Of a DNA stretch of 64,000 nt, positions 10,208 through 20,470 are shown in pieces. The translations under genes and the position numbers were made by a program. Every line of letters starts with the position of its first letter. Within the stretch, counting starts at the first letter, position 1. A model generated the notes under the pieces. It ran no database searches. It saw nothing but the letters and a program-made list of their open reading frames with translations, and had not been told where the DNA came from. Origin of the DNA: Nitrosopumilus sp. (lineage in GTDB: Archaea; Thermoproteota; Nitrososphaeria; Nitrososphaerales; Nitrosopumilaceae); the NCBI GenBank assembly GCA_965218785.1, contig OZ244650.1, forward strand, positions 1,120,001 to 1,184,000. The letters are read 5' to 3'.

Positions 10208-10384
10208 ATGAAGGTAAGCTGGGATGAGAATACCTGTATTCATTCAGGAAAATGCGTAAAAAATCTTCCATCAGTGTTTTCAGTGCAAAATGGAAAATTC
10301 GTCATAGTCGAGGATGGCGCCCCTGAAGAGCAGGTTAGAAGGGTGGTGGGCGAATGTCCGTCAAAGGCATTAAAGATAGAGTGA
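10208..10384 (+). CDS. Small divergent 4Fe-4S ferredoxin (YjdI/Fer4_19-like), 58 aa, not in the ORF track
   Basis: Manual translation MKVSWDENTCIHSGKCVKNLPSVF...VVGECPSKALKIE*; CxHxxxC...CPSxAL motif. Confidence 0.85.
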   Translation: MKVSWDENTCIHSGKCVKNLPSVFSVQNGKFVIVEDGAPEEQVRRVVGECPSKALKIE

Positions 10385-10553
10385 TATCAGATATAACACA
10401 TCAAGATACCATTCATAAATGCGAATTAAACAATCTGACAGATTCCAATTACTACATACCAAAGATGCAGAATATAACAAATCATAGAATATAATTCAGA
10501 CATCAGAATTTTTGTTTGTATCAGTATAAAAAAAGGGGGGGTGGAGGATATAA

Positions 10554-11255
10554 TCAGATATCCGGATTATCAATCGAGACTAATCTCATATAGTGTTCCC
10601 GCATCTGCTGTTTTATCTGATCCACTTTCTGAGAATCACCGTCATCATGCGCAGCCTTTAGCTGTTTCATCAGACCAATAAATTCCGCCTGCAAGGCGTC
10701 ATGTTCTGCATTTCCGGTTGGCCGGAGATCGTCTTCGTTGAATTCCTCAAAGAATTTCATCTCCATGTCGTATGACACATCTGGCATGTTCATCAGGTTC
10801 CACTCTTTGGTTGTCAGCGCAAAGTTTGTCACGTCTCCTGCATCCACTACAAAGATGTCAGGTGAATGACCCACAGTCTCTGATCTTGCAGAATCATACC
10901 CGTGTATCGTCCATACAAGATAGGTATCACCCTGATCATTTCTGATGACCTCAATCTGGGCACCAGTTGCGTGAGTCAGACCGTTCTCCTCTGCAACTGC
11001 CGCAGCATCTGCCAGAGTGACGTTGATCTTCTCCTCGATCATCTGATCTGTACCGGAGTCGAACTGGATCTGTACGGCTCCCTCAAATCCGCTTACCAGC
11101 TGCATATACTGGAGTGGATCATCCAAAGGATGCTCAGAACCGGTACCCGAGGTACTTGCAAACTGTGCCTGCTCTGCCATTGCCGGCACGATGAATGCCA
11201 TGATGGCTATCACTCCTGCAATTGCAGGAATGGCGTATTTTGTTCGCGTGTTCAT
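10554..11255 (-). CDS. Secreted protein with a PepSY-like domain
   Basis: Signal peptide; VTLADAAAVAEE...YLVWTI...FVVDAGD resembles PepSY. Confidence 0.55.
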   Translation of the reverse strand: MNTRTKYAIPAIAGVIAIMAFIVPAMAEQAQFASTSGTGSEHPLDDPLQYMQLVSGFEGAVQIQFDSGTDQMIEEKINVTLADAAAVAEENGLTHATGAQIEVIRNDQGDTYLVWTIHGYDSARSETVGHSPDIFVVDAGDVTNFALTTKEWNLMNMPDVSYDMEMKFFEEFNEDDLRPTGNAEHDALQAEFIGLMKQLKAAHDDGDSQKVDQIKQQMREHYMRLVSIDNPDI

Positions 11256-11517
11256 GATGTTGATTGGTGGTTTGAATAAAAGGGGTTGTTAACAAGAGAT
11301 ACGTAACAATGGTACCTCACCTTTATGACCAAGTTATGGCATTATGCGGTGTGGTCTTAGAATTCATGGGTCCGTGCGTCTCTGAGGAATCGCACGGGCA
11401 CCTAATTGAACCGGTTTATCACGCGGATTACATGACTGATTTCAAATCAAAACACCAAAAAGAGGCACAAAACACACTGGAATGATGTTATATGAATCGG
11501 TTTTATGGTAATATGCA

Positions 11518-11811
11518 ATGGGGCGTGAATACCGTGATAGAATATACATTAGGAAGGACGTGCTGTTGAACTTGTTCGAGTACGGCGAGATGAACCAGAG
11601 CAGGCTTATGAGCATCTGCGGCATGAACAACGTAAAACACAAGGAGATTCTAGACGAGATGGTCAAAAAGGGGATCATAGAGAAATCAGTAGAGTCACGG
11701 GGCAGTAAAAACATCATAAAATACAAGATATCACAGAAAGGACTGGAGGTATTACGTGCGGTTTTAGAGCCGTATGAGGCGATGTTTCCAAGGAGGATCA
11801 AAGATGAGTAG
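11518..11811 (+). CDS. Archaeal winged-helix transcriptional regulator
   Basis: YRDRIYIRKDVL...NQSRLMSICGMN...YKISQKGLEVL, typical of thaumarchaeal wHTH regulators; divergent from the secreted protein. Confidence 0.8.
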   Translation: MGREYRDRIYIRKDVLLNLFEYGEMNQSRLMSICGMNNVKHKEILDEMVKKGIIEKSVESRGSKNIIKYKISQKGLEVLRAVLEPYEAMFPRRIKDE

Positions 11812-12256
11812 TTCCGGTGAGGGTGACAGACACGGGAATTTCTTTGAGATGGTAGACCAGATGATGTCCGAGATGGGCAGGACAAAAAAGATGTTCATGC
11901 TGATGATTATAACCATGCTGTTGTTTCCATCTGGAACGTTGCTAGTTGCGGCAATCGCGGTTTTCCCGGTGTTTGATGATAACGTGGATGCAAAGTTGCT
12001 GGCCGCATTGGTAAACGGGGATATGACGCAAGAAGAGTATGATGCAGCTAAAAAAGTATTGTCAGGTAACGGGGGGTCCACAGACGAGTTGGTGCTGGGA
12101 ATAAACAGGATTGTGCTTTTGGTATCAGTTGTATGGCTGGTAATCGGAATAAGGCAGTGGGTCATACTTTCACGATGGGGCAAGAGATACAAGGTGTTCA
12201 AAAAGAGCCGGGATGAGGCAGATAAAAAACTGCAAGGTGAGGATGATGAACAGTGA
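11804..12256 (+). CDS. Two-TM membrane protein
   Basis: ATG at 11804 follows aggagga and overlaps the wHTH stop; two hydrophobic segments; WLVIGIRQWVILSRW. Confidence 0.7.
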   Translation: MSSSGEGDRHGNFFEMVDQMMSEMGRTKKMFMLMIITMLLFPSGTLLVAAIAVFPVFDDNVDAKLLAALVNGDMTQEEYDAAKKVLSGNGGSTDELVLGINRIVLLVSVVWLVIGIRQWVILSRWGKRYKVFKKSRDEADKKLQGEDDEQ

Positions 12257-12277
12257 TTCTCATGATGGTTTAGTACG

Positions 12278-13321
12278 CTAGGATAACCTTGTGTTTCGTA
12301 CTATCTTTTTTGGGAAATTTCTCAGTACGGGATAGCCGTGTGTGCGGGCGTTTTTATAATGCCAGTTTATGTCACGATCATCATAGTTTAGCGCATCAAG
12401 TGATTTTTCTATAATCTTGTTTAGCTTGTGACTCTTGTTCTTCTTGTATGTGTCGTTGCGGCTTAACAGTTTTTCTATGTAGTGTTGTGGCGGAAGATTG
12501 CCCAGTTTCTCACAGTTGCATACTTGACATGATAAAACCAGGTTCCATATCTCGGTATTGCCGATATAGTCAAATGGTATAACGTGGTCTACGTGCGTGT
12601 ATCGGTCATAGTTTAGCCTACTATTACAGTAAAAGCAGTTGTCTGTAAACAGCCTTAATTTATTCATGAATTTTCGCTGATCACGTGCGTCAGGTGTAAC
12701 ACCCTCGATTTTTTGTACCATTCTTGGTGTGCCAAAGTTTCGTATCTCAAGAAATCGGATCCACTCCAGAATTACGGATTTGTACAAGGGTACAAAGTTT
12801 TCCCTGAAGAAACGCATCGCTTTGGGATTGAGCAGTATGCCTCCCTTCGGATCCGTTCTTTTGTTGCCAGATGAATCCTTGTAGTCTATTGCAAAATAGT
12901 CGTAGAATATCTTTTTCTCGATTCTGCCAATTGACTGAAACCTGTGTATGACGTCCTTGCTGCATATACGTGTAATCTCTTTAACACAGTTTGCCACTTT
13001 ATCAGGCTCTTCCTCTTGAATCTTCTCAAATGATTGTGGATATGTATCCTGGTCAAATTCCTTGCGTATTTCAGTTATGACGCTGGGAGTCTGGTTTTTT
13101 GGCCCATGCCGGAGCTTGGACTTGCATTCCTGCAGCCAGTAATATTTGAAAAAGTATTTTGCAATCTCGGAATATTTGACCATCTGCTTGTCACATCTGT
13201 GGCTGTGCTCCAAAAGAAACCTTGCAAGTGCAAATTTGTATGTGTTGTTCTTTGGCCCCTTGGATAGAATTCCTATGAAGGTATTGCGGAATTCTTCATC
13301 AGATGTATTCTTAAACTTCAT
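12278..13321 (-). CDS. HNH endonuclease with an N-terminal extension (putative modification-dependent nuclease)
   Basis: CFYC...HVDHVIP...WNLVLSCQVCNCEK; N-terminal NTYKFALARFLL helix. Confidence 0.85.
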   Translation of the reverse strand: MKFKNTSDEEFRNTFIGILSKGPKNNTYKFALARFLLEHSHRCDKQMVKYSEIAKYFFKYYWLQECKSKLRHGPKNQTPSVITEIRKEFDQDTYPQSFEKIQEEEPDKVANCVKEITRICSKDVIHRFQSIGRIEKKIFYDYFAIDYKDSSGNKRTDPKGGILLNPKAMRFFRENFVPLYKSVILEWIRFLEIRNFGTPRMVQKIEGVTPDARDQRKFMNKLRLFTDNCFYCNSRLNYDRYTHVDHVIPFDYIGNTEIWNLVLSCQVCNCEKLGNLPPQHYIEKLLSRNDTYKKNKSHKLNKIIEKSLDALNYDDRDINWHYKNARTHGYPVLRNFPKKIVRNTRLS

Positions 13322-13394
13322 GTGATATGTTATTCGTAGGAATTGATTGTTGATAAATTTTATCCTTTTAGATCAAAAAAAGTATTTATGGTTA

Positions 13395-13589
13395 CATGAG
13401 TTTGCAAGTTATCAGGAGACAGAGGCAGTCATTGCAGATGCACACAGGGATTACAATCATTCTAGGATACTCTGACTGAAATATGTGACTCCTGAAGAAT
13501 TTTTATCAGAATGTGAGATCAGAAATAAATGATGGTAACTATATGTAAAAACATGCAAAAAACGGTCTCATTTATAGGGGTCCACTCCA
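13395..13589 (+). mobile_element. IS3-family right-end remnant (orfB 3' end + IRR)
   Basis: Encodes HEFASYQETEAVIADAHRDYNHSRI (integrase C-terminus) and ends cggtctcatttataggggtccactcCA. Confidence 0.75.
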
Positions 13590-13688
13590 TTTTTTGCTCA
13601 GATGCCTTTTTGATCTTTAAGATTTTTGGCAGATTTTGGTTGAATTTACGGACAGCACATAAGAGGTCTATTGAAAATTATTTTTAGA

Positions 13689-14804
13689 CTACAAGTGTGA
13701 TATCAAGTATAGTATAAAGATTGTTATCAATCCACCAATGACTGATATTATTCCCGATCGGATTATTGATAAATATGGTTTCAGTATTTTTTGCCATGTC
13801 CATGTATCAACTACTATTGTTTTGTCTAGTGTCTCTTTCCAAGTGTTCATGAGTGCTAACTGATCATCGTCATTTAGTATATCTACAAATTGTGAAGCAT
13901 TATTATTACATTTTTGTGAATCCCAAGTTAGAATTTCAGATATTACAATGTCCATATTTTTGATGTGTAATTTCAATGTTTTACGAAGAAATTGATCATA
14001 AAGTCGCATTCCCAATATGCAATTTCTTTTTTTGTCCAAAGGTTTTAACTCTTTCGAATTTCGAATTAGATCAAATATCGCTTTGGCGATTTCTAATTTT
14101 CCAACCCCTCCAGCAAATCTTGAATATAATATAGAAAACACCGATGTGATTAGAAAAATGATTGTAGTAGAAATGGAAATACAAAGAACAGGTTTTAATA
14201 TATCACATAACTCTGGATCTGTTAATATTGATTTTGCTATTTCCTTATTGATCAATTTTTTAATTTCATCTTGTTCTAAATAAGATATTTCAGCAATTAC
14301 ACTGTTATAATTTTGTAGTTTTAACTCATATAGTGAAATTAATCCGGATGTACGATTGAAATTAAAATTTTCATAATTTTCTTTTAGATTAGGATGTATT
14401 TTTGATGAATTCATCTTATTGATTTCGATTTTTTGTTCTTCATAGGAACTAAATATTTTCAGAATATTATTTTGATCATATATAATTAGACCAGCTATTA
14501 TTATAACCATTACCGTAGTAATAACGAAAGAAATAATAAATGTTTTAGAAAGCCATTTTGTAGCATCAATTAACCATAATTGTTTTAGAACATCTTCTGG
14601 ATAATTTTTTGATTTTTTTGTTTTATCTGATTTAAAATATCTGTGATAAGTTATCCCTTGTATAATTGCATAACTTATCACTATTATAATAAATATATGT
14701 AGAGGTAATTCTTCGAATATTAACAACATTGCAATTAAGAATATGGTTAAAATTGGAATTACTAAAACAATCATGGTTGCTAATGCTTTTTTTAGTTTTG
14801 TCAA
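13689..14804 (-). CDS. Multi-pass membrane hypothetical protein
   Basis: 371 aa with about 5 hydrophobic helices; lies between two IS3 ends. Confidence 0.65.
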   Translation of the reverse strand: MTKLKKALATMIVLVIPILTIFLIAMLLIFEELPLHIFIIIVISYAIIQGITYHRYFKSDKTKKSKNYPEDVLKQLWLIDATKWLSKTFIISFVITTVMVIIIAGLIIYDQNNILKIFSSYEEQKIEINKMNSSKIHPNLKENYENFNFNRTSGLISLYELKLQNYNSVIAEISYLEQDEIKKLINKEIAKSILTDPELCDILKPVLCISISTTIIFLITSVFSILYSRFAGGVGKLEIAKAIFDLIRNSKELKPLDKKRNCILGMRLYDQFLRKTLKLHIKNMDIVISEILTWDSQKCNNNASQFVDILNDDDQLALMNTWKETLDKTIVVDTWTWQKILKPYLSIIRSGIISVIGGLITIFILYLISHL

Positions 14805-14849
14805 TCAGAACAGCATAATATCTTTTGAACACTTAAACCTTTAGCAATA

Positions 14850-15301
14850 TGGAGTGGATCCCTCTAAAATGAGACCGCTTTTTGCATGTTTCTACATACA
14901 GATACGCTTATCTTTTGCATAATTATGCTTGCTACAGTCATCTTATCCTTCCCTCCAACGTTTTTTTAAAAGCGTCTATGACTATGGTCTGCTCACCTAT
15001 GATTCTCTTGAGGGTTTCATTCTCCTTTTGTAGCACGCGTTCGGGGCTCTGTTTGCTGGTTCCGATTACGAACATCTTGCCACCGTTGATGAATTTCTCC
15101 CTCCACTGATAGAATGTCGGGGGATGTATGTTGTACTTGCGGCACAGTTCTGCTGTGCTGATCCTGGTGTTTATGGATTCCAGGATGATTCTTGCCTTTT
15201 CCTGTGGGGTGAATTTGCTCTTTACCATGGTGTTTTACCTCCTAACTTGCTCAAAAAGTGTATGTATGCAAGCGGTCTCATTCTAGAGGGGGTCCTCACC
15301 A
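14850..15301 (-). mobile_element. Internally deleted IS3-family element: IRL + orfA + IRR, orfB missing
   Basis: TGgagtggatccctctaaaatgagaccgc ... gcggtctcattctagagggggtcctcacCA; contains an intact orfA. Confidence 0.85.
14938..15228 (-). CDS. IS3-family transposase OrfA (HTH + leucine zipper)
   Basis: KFTPQEKARIILE...AELCRKYNIHPPTFYQWREKF...LQKENETLKRIIGE; RBS ggaggtaaaacaccATG. Confidence 0.9.
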   Translation of the reverse strand: MVKSKFTPQEKARIILESINTRISTAELCRKYNIHPPTFYQWREKFINGGKMFVIGTSKQSPERVLQKENETLKRIIGEQTIVIDAFKKTLEGRIR

Positions 15302-15607
15302 AATCTCGTCAGTTTGATGCCGAATGCTGAATACCAAATGCAATTATTGCACCTTTCCTCAATATTACAGGTAAAGTTGAATACACAGCAATTTCCAACA
15401 TTCGATCTGATTTTATCTGTCAAGAATTGTAATCCCACGTCTCCGAATTTACAGAATTTTGAGAAAAAATGGATTGCATCTAAAAATTTAGAGTATAACA
15501 CCACAGCATCCAAATTTAATAAAAATTTGAAACAGATGAAAGCACTCCAAGATTAAACAGTATAAATTTTAGTAAACAATATCAATCAGATAATAAGATA
15601 GTTTGAG

Positions 15608-17827
15608 ATGGATGAAAAAATGATCTTAGAATCTGATTGGGATTATCAGCCTAAAATTGGAAAGGATTCTGGTCACCATATAACTAGAGAATCAGAACAT
15701 CGTATTTTGCTTGATTTTATTTCTAGAAGAAATGAGGGATCTATGTTAGTATGTGGACAAAGAGGGGCAGGTAAAACCAGCGCTGTTTTCAAAGCAACCA
15801 ATGAAACCATCATAAAAAATGAAAAAATCAAACCTATTTTGATAAAAGCGACGTCTATTCATTTAAAATCAAAGGAAGATTCAAAAAGTGAGGGAGATTC
15901 AAAAGATGATATCCTTAGAGGGATTATTCGTTCATTGTACAATCAAATTCAAGAGGATTCAGATATTGTTGGAAAATTAAAAATACAAACTTCCAAATTG
16001 TATAATAAAGCAATTGCATCAGAAGTCAAACAGGTAAATCAAATCCGCAGTAAATCAATTCATGAAAAAACATCTCGTATTCGTATTAATTTAATATGTG
16101 CATTATCGCTCGTTGCTGTTGGAATTCTTTCTTTATCAGATATTATTTTAGAATATAATTGGATTTTGTTCATCATAATAATTACAAATGGATTATATTG
16201 GACATGGAATTATTCCATAATAATAAAAAAATCATCCATTAACACAGCATCAAATTATTATCGTTATGATTATGATTTTTCCATTATGCAATCAGAATTT
16301 GAATTGCTCCTAGAAGAATTTGTGAAGGAGAAATTTAAAATATTGTTTATTATGGATGAGTTAGACAAAGTAGAGGAAGAATCACTATCCATAATTTTAA
16401 ATTTAAAAATGCTGATCAATCAAGGTAATGCGTTATTCATATTCATAGCTTCACCAAAAATATTATCGAATATTGAGGACAAAGCAAACCCAAATAGTAC
16501 TTTATTTTCACAGACATTATATCTAAAACGTCCATTATTTGATGAAATGCGTTATTTTATTACAGAGATTATCCTAAATGGTAGCGAACTAACTCAAAAT
16601 ACAGATTACAAAAACTTTCAGAATTTTTTATGCTATCAATCCAAAACTAGTTTTTTTGCTTTGTATAATGTAATCAGAGACACCATGATTAAAATTCTTC
16701 CAGAAGGACCCGTATTGAATTCCAATTTAAATACAGAACAGATCACCAAAGCCAATCTACAAAAATCAATAGAGTGGGTCTACGAGAGGGAAAAATATGA
16801 TACACCTTCGCTATGGGCAGAAAATGATGACATACTAGAAACCCTGTATAATGTTTGTAATAATCTTGAAAACACGCCCAAACTCAAAGACATTGTGTTT
16901 GATGAACAAGGTTTAAAATTCTCAGAAAACAACAGCACCACACTCACAAAACCTAAATCACGCTCTGCAGTAATTGGCTTGTTCACATTTTTAGTGTCTC
17001 AAGGCTATTTACAAAAAACACAAGAAAACACCTATCGTATCATAGGACACTTGGATACAATCATCGAAGAAAAAGGAGGAGTTTTTGCAGTAGACGAACA
17101 ACGATTCAAAGAAGAGTATGAGAACATGTTGGAATTGGCCATCAACATGGCCAACATCCATAACAAACACATAGAAGATTTGGGCGAGATTTTTTCATCA
17201 GATACGATAAATTCAAAATGGTCTACATTTTCCACATGCCTCAATAATTATTTTAACATTACAGCATTCGAAGAACATCATGAAATTTATATAGATTTGC
17301 TAGGAATTGATTCAGCTGTTTACCCATCAGAAAAATTACAGCCGATGACATCTGAATTACAAAATGCTCATGTTGAGATCAAACATAAATTTGTAGATCT
17401 TCTTGCGGCAGTATTCGTTAAAAAAATTCAGGGTTTAGAAATTCACCAAGCAGCAAAGGATATTAACCAAAGTGTTTTATCCAGTTACAGAGTTCCAAAT
17501 ACTCCTTTTGTCTATAATGAATTGATTTTTGATAAGTATTCTAAAAGTCATAAATTACAATATGTGGTAATCACGGAAAATATTCCCATAGATCATCTTA
17601 AAGAATTATTAGATGAAAATGATCGAAATGTCTTGATTATATCTTTGGGAGATTCTGAAGATAATTTAAAATATCAGGACATATCATCGGCACTCTCAAT
17701 AAGAACACTTCAACAGTGTCTTGATGAATTGTACACGTTAAATAATGATACTAAAAAATATCTATTTATGACAATCACGATCCCATTAAAATCCGATGAC
17801 CTGAAGCAAATATTGAATGTGTTATAA
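15608..17827 (+). CDS. KAP-like P-loop NTPase with two TM helices inserted in the NTPase domain
   Basis: Walker A GQRGAGKTS, two TM segments, Walker B ILFIMDELDK. Confidence 0.7.
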   Translation: MDEKMILESDWDYQPKIGKDSGHHITRESEHRILLDFISRRNEGSMLVCGQRGAGKTSAVFKATNETIIKNEKIKPILIKATSIHLKSKEDSKSEGDSKDDILRGIIRSLYNQIQEDSDIVGKLKIQTSKLYNKAIASEVKQVNQIRSKSIHEKTSRIRINLICALSLVAVGILSLSDIILEYNWILFIIIITNGLYWTWNYSIIIKKSSINTASNYYRYDYDFSIMQSEFELLLEEFVKEKFKILFIMDELDKVEEESLSIILNLKMLINQGNALFIFIASPKILSNIEDKANPNSTLFSQTLYLKRPLFDEMRYFITEIILNGSELTQNTDYKNFQNFLCYQSKTSFFALYNVIRDTMIKILPEGPVLNSNLNTEQITKANLQKSIEWVYEREKYDTPSLWAENDDILETLYNVCNNLENTPKLKDIVFDEQGLKFSENNSTTLTKPKSRSAVIGLFTFLVSQGYLQKTQENTYRIIGHLDTIIEEKGGVFAVDEQRFKEEYENMLELAINMANIHNKHIEDLGEIFSSDTINSKWSTFSTCLNNYFNITAFEEHHEIYIDLLGIDSAVYPSEKLQPMTSELQNAHVEIKHKFVDLLAAVFVKKIQGLEIHQAAKDINQSVLSSYRVPNTPFVYNELIFDKYSKSHKLQYVVITENIPIDHLKELLDENDRNVLIISLGDSEDNLKYQDISSALSIRTLQQCLDELYTLNNDTKKYLFMTITIPLKSDDLKQILNVL

Positions 17828-18268
17828 AAAAAGAAATTGTTGTCTAATTAGTCTTGGCTATTACATTCATCTTTTTTAACTAGAACTATTTTGATCACAA
17901 ACGTCCTGTCTTCTCAATAGTCACCAAGAGAAAGGACGGATCCTAAAAATAACATCATCTGGCACACACAAGAAAGGGTTCCTGATTAACAATATAGTTT
18001 TTTTTGACAAAAGAAATCCACTCATTGTAAAAAACACAGCAGATATTAAGAACATTCGCACGGATCTCAAGATGCATTACATCCAATAATCGATAGGTTC
18101 AAACGTATAGTTAAAAGACAAAGTTTGTAAACTAAAAATCATTCAAAAACAAAAGATGGGATGATTTTACTAAGATAAATACAAATAACTAAACATGGAT
18201 ATCTTAAAAATAACTCATAAACTTGTGATTGTCACTATACTTATTTATTAAAATATTATTTTTGTATT

Positions 18269-20437
18269 ATGGCATTTCAAGAACCAATAGATCCCTTCGT
18301 TGAGAAATTACAAGTGCTAATTGATGATTTAAAACAAGATATCAATTATAGGGGATTTGAAGAGATTTTAACAAAAATCGATGAAGAATTTCCATTTGTA
18401 GATTTATCCGAATTTTTAGAAATGTACGTTGATGGTGAATACTCCAAAGTACTAATAGAAAAATTTCATCTTTGCGGATTTATTGATTATTACAAACTTT
18501 TGCAAATTTTAAAATTAAATAAAAAACGAAGATCAGTTAGAAAAGATTCAACATCAAGAAAAACAAATTTTACAGATAGTAAATTGGCAAGACGATATGA
18601 AATATTAAATAACATATTGACAAGATTTCAAAAGTCAATTAAAAATAAAATAAATTATAATGTGTTAAGAGCAGTTATAATTTTACAATTGTATTTAAAC
18701 GAACAAAATTTTACAGATAGTAAAAAAATTCTTGAATCTGTACAAAAAACAATAAAAGATTTTGAACATTTAATTTTAGCCCCACATACACCGCTCTCAA
18801 CAATAAAAGATGATGAAATTAAAAAAATGTTAGATATGATATTACTAGAATTAAAAAATAACTCATTCATAGAAATAGATAATTCAAATAACTTTAGACT
18901 GGAAGTACATCAATTGCTTATTTGTAAATATATTTTTAACAACATACAAAATAGAAAAGATGGGATTACATATCAAGAATTAGTTATTTCTATTAAACAC
19001 AAACTACCAATATTATTACAAATTCCTCCTGCATTAATTATAATCACATTACAGGATTTCATAAATCAAAATATGGTAATTAGAAAGGAAGGGTATTGGA
19101 AATTCAAACCATTTTTTGATCAATATTTTACATTTGAAAACTATGAAAAAATGAATTTTGAAAATACAGATTCATTTAGAAAAAATAGAGAGTTTTTTGG
19201 GAGAAAAATTACTCCTAAAGAATTCATTCAAGAATTATTTGAACTTCAAAGGGGGAATTTTGAGGACCAAGATGATCAAGTAACACGAATTGCAGGCATG
19301 GTTTTGACAAACTCAAACATGATGAGTCATCCTCCAAATGATCTTAAAGAATTTGATTTTGTAGTAGATTTGTCAAGGTATGAATTTACAAAAAAACAGC
19401 AACAGATTATCAGCAATCTCAACCTAGAAATAAAATCCAATATCATTTATGTAAAAGTTATGATAAATGATGAAATTAAAGTTGATGAAATTTCCGATTT
19501 AATTCTCAAATTAAAAAAAAGAGAGCGAAACGAACAAGGCTTCATCATTTCATTTACACGTCCAGAAAAAATAATTTTACAGATATTAGAGAAAAACAAA
19601 ACAATTCAAATAATTTCAGAAAATGAATTAAGAGAGTGGTGTAAAATCACGCCAATCATTCCATCAAGAAGAGGAGCAGTTGCCATAATACGCCAAGGAG
19701 ATAATCGTGAAAGTATTGTGAAAATAAAGTCAGTCAATTATGAATCTGGAAGAGCAGACGTCATATTATTACCAAAAATGAATGAAAGCACTCAATACAT
19801 CGGATCTCTTGAGGAACTTACCATACCTATAAATATAAAAAAATTTATTGATTATTCCAATATTTATTTCCAATTTCTTTCAAAATTACGTCAAATTTCA
19901 AAAACAGATATCTTTAAAAAAATAATTTCAGAAAGCATATCAAAAACATCTACATTTAACAAAATAGTTGAAAAAAGAATTATTTTTGAGAAAGAAATAG
20001 AATATAGATTCGTTGGAAATTCAAAATGTAGGATTGATTTTATAAAATATCTTGACAAGGATTCATTGAAATATAGAACCGATGATTTATTTTCATGTAC
20101 TTGTTTTCAGTGGGATCAGAAAAGTAAAACAAATGGATTATGTGAACATTTAATTTTTATTTTAAATGAGTCAATTAAAGAAATATTTTCATTAGAGAAT
20201 AAAGTATCAGAGAGAGAAATTGCACATTATTTACTATTAATAGAACAAAGGATGGATTTGTTTCTAAAAAGATTACGATTTTCAAATAATGACGGATCTA
20301 TGATTGCAGAATGTCCAAATTGTGGGCAGATTGAACATAATCTTAAAGGAGTAGAAGAAAGATTTGGATATCGCCAAATGAATAAAGATAATAAATTTTC
20401 GCTTAGACGACAATCGAGATGTAAAGAGTGCAGATAA
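18269..20437 (+). CDS. Multidomain protein: REase-like fold + SWIM Zn finger + C-terminal Zn ribbon
   Basis: FEDQ..EFDFVV..IYVKV..GFIISF..IQIISENELREW (Mrr-like fold, possibly inactive); CTC-x11-CEH SWIM; CPNCG...FGYR...QSRCKECR. Confidence 0.6.
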   Translation: MAFQEPIDPFVEKLQVLIDDLKQDINYRGFEEILTKIDEEFPFVDLSEFLEMYVDGEYSKVLIEKFHLCGFIDYYKLLQILKLNKKRRSVRKDSTSRKTNFTDSKLARRYEILNNILTRFQKSIKNKINYNVLRAVIILQLYLNEQNFTDSKKILESVQKTIKDFEHLILAPHTPLSTIKDDEIKKMLDMILLELKNNSFIEIDNSNNFRLEVHQLLICKYIFNNIQNRKDGITYQELVISIKHKLPILLQIPPALIIITLQDFINQNMVIRKEGYWKFKPFFDQYFTFENYEKMNFENTDSFRKNREFFGRKITPKEFIQELFELQRGNFEDQDDQVTRIAGMVLTNSNMMSHPPNDLKEFDFVVDLSRYEFTKKQQQIISNLNLEIKSNIIYVKVMINDEIKVDEISDLILKLKKRERNEQGFIISFTRPEKIILQILEKNKTIQIISENELREWCKITPIIPSRRGAVAIIRQGDNRESIVKIKSVNYESGRADVILLPKMNESTQYIGSLEELTIPINIKKFIDYSNIYFQFLSKLRQISKTDIFKKIISESISKTSTFNKIVEKRIIFEKEIEYRFVGNSKCRIDFIKYLDKDSLKYRTDDLFSCTCFQWDQKSKTNGLCEHLIFILNESIKEIFSLENKVSEREIAHYLLLIEQRMDLFLKRLRFSNNDGSMIAECPNCGQIEHNLKGVEERFGYRQMNKDNKFSLRRQSRCKECR

Positions 20438-20470
20438 ATAATTGACAATAAATGGGATCAAAAATGTTTT

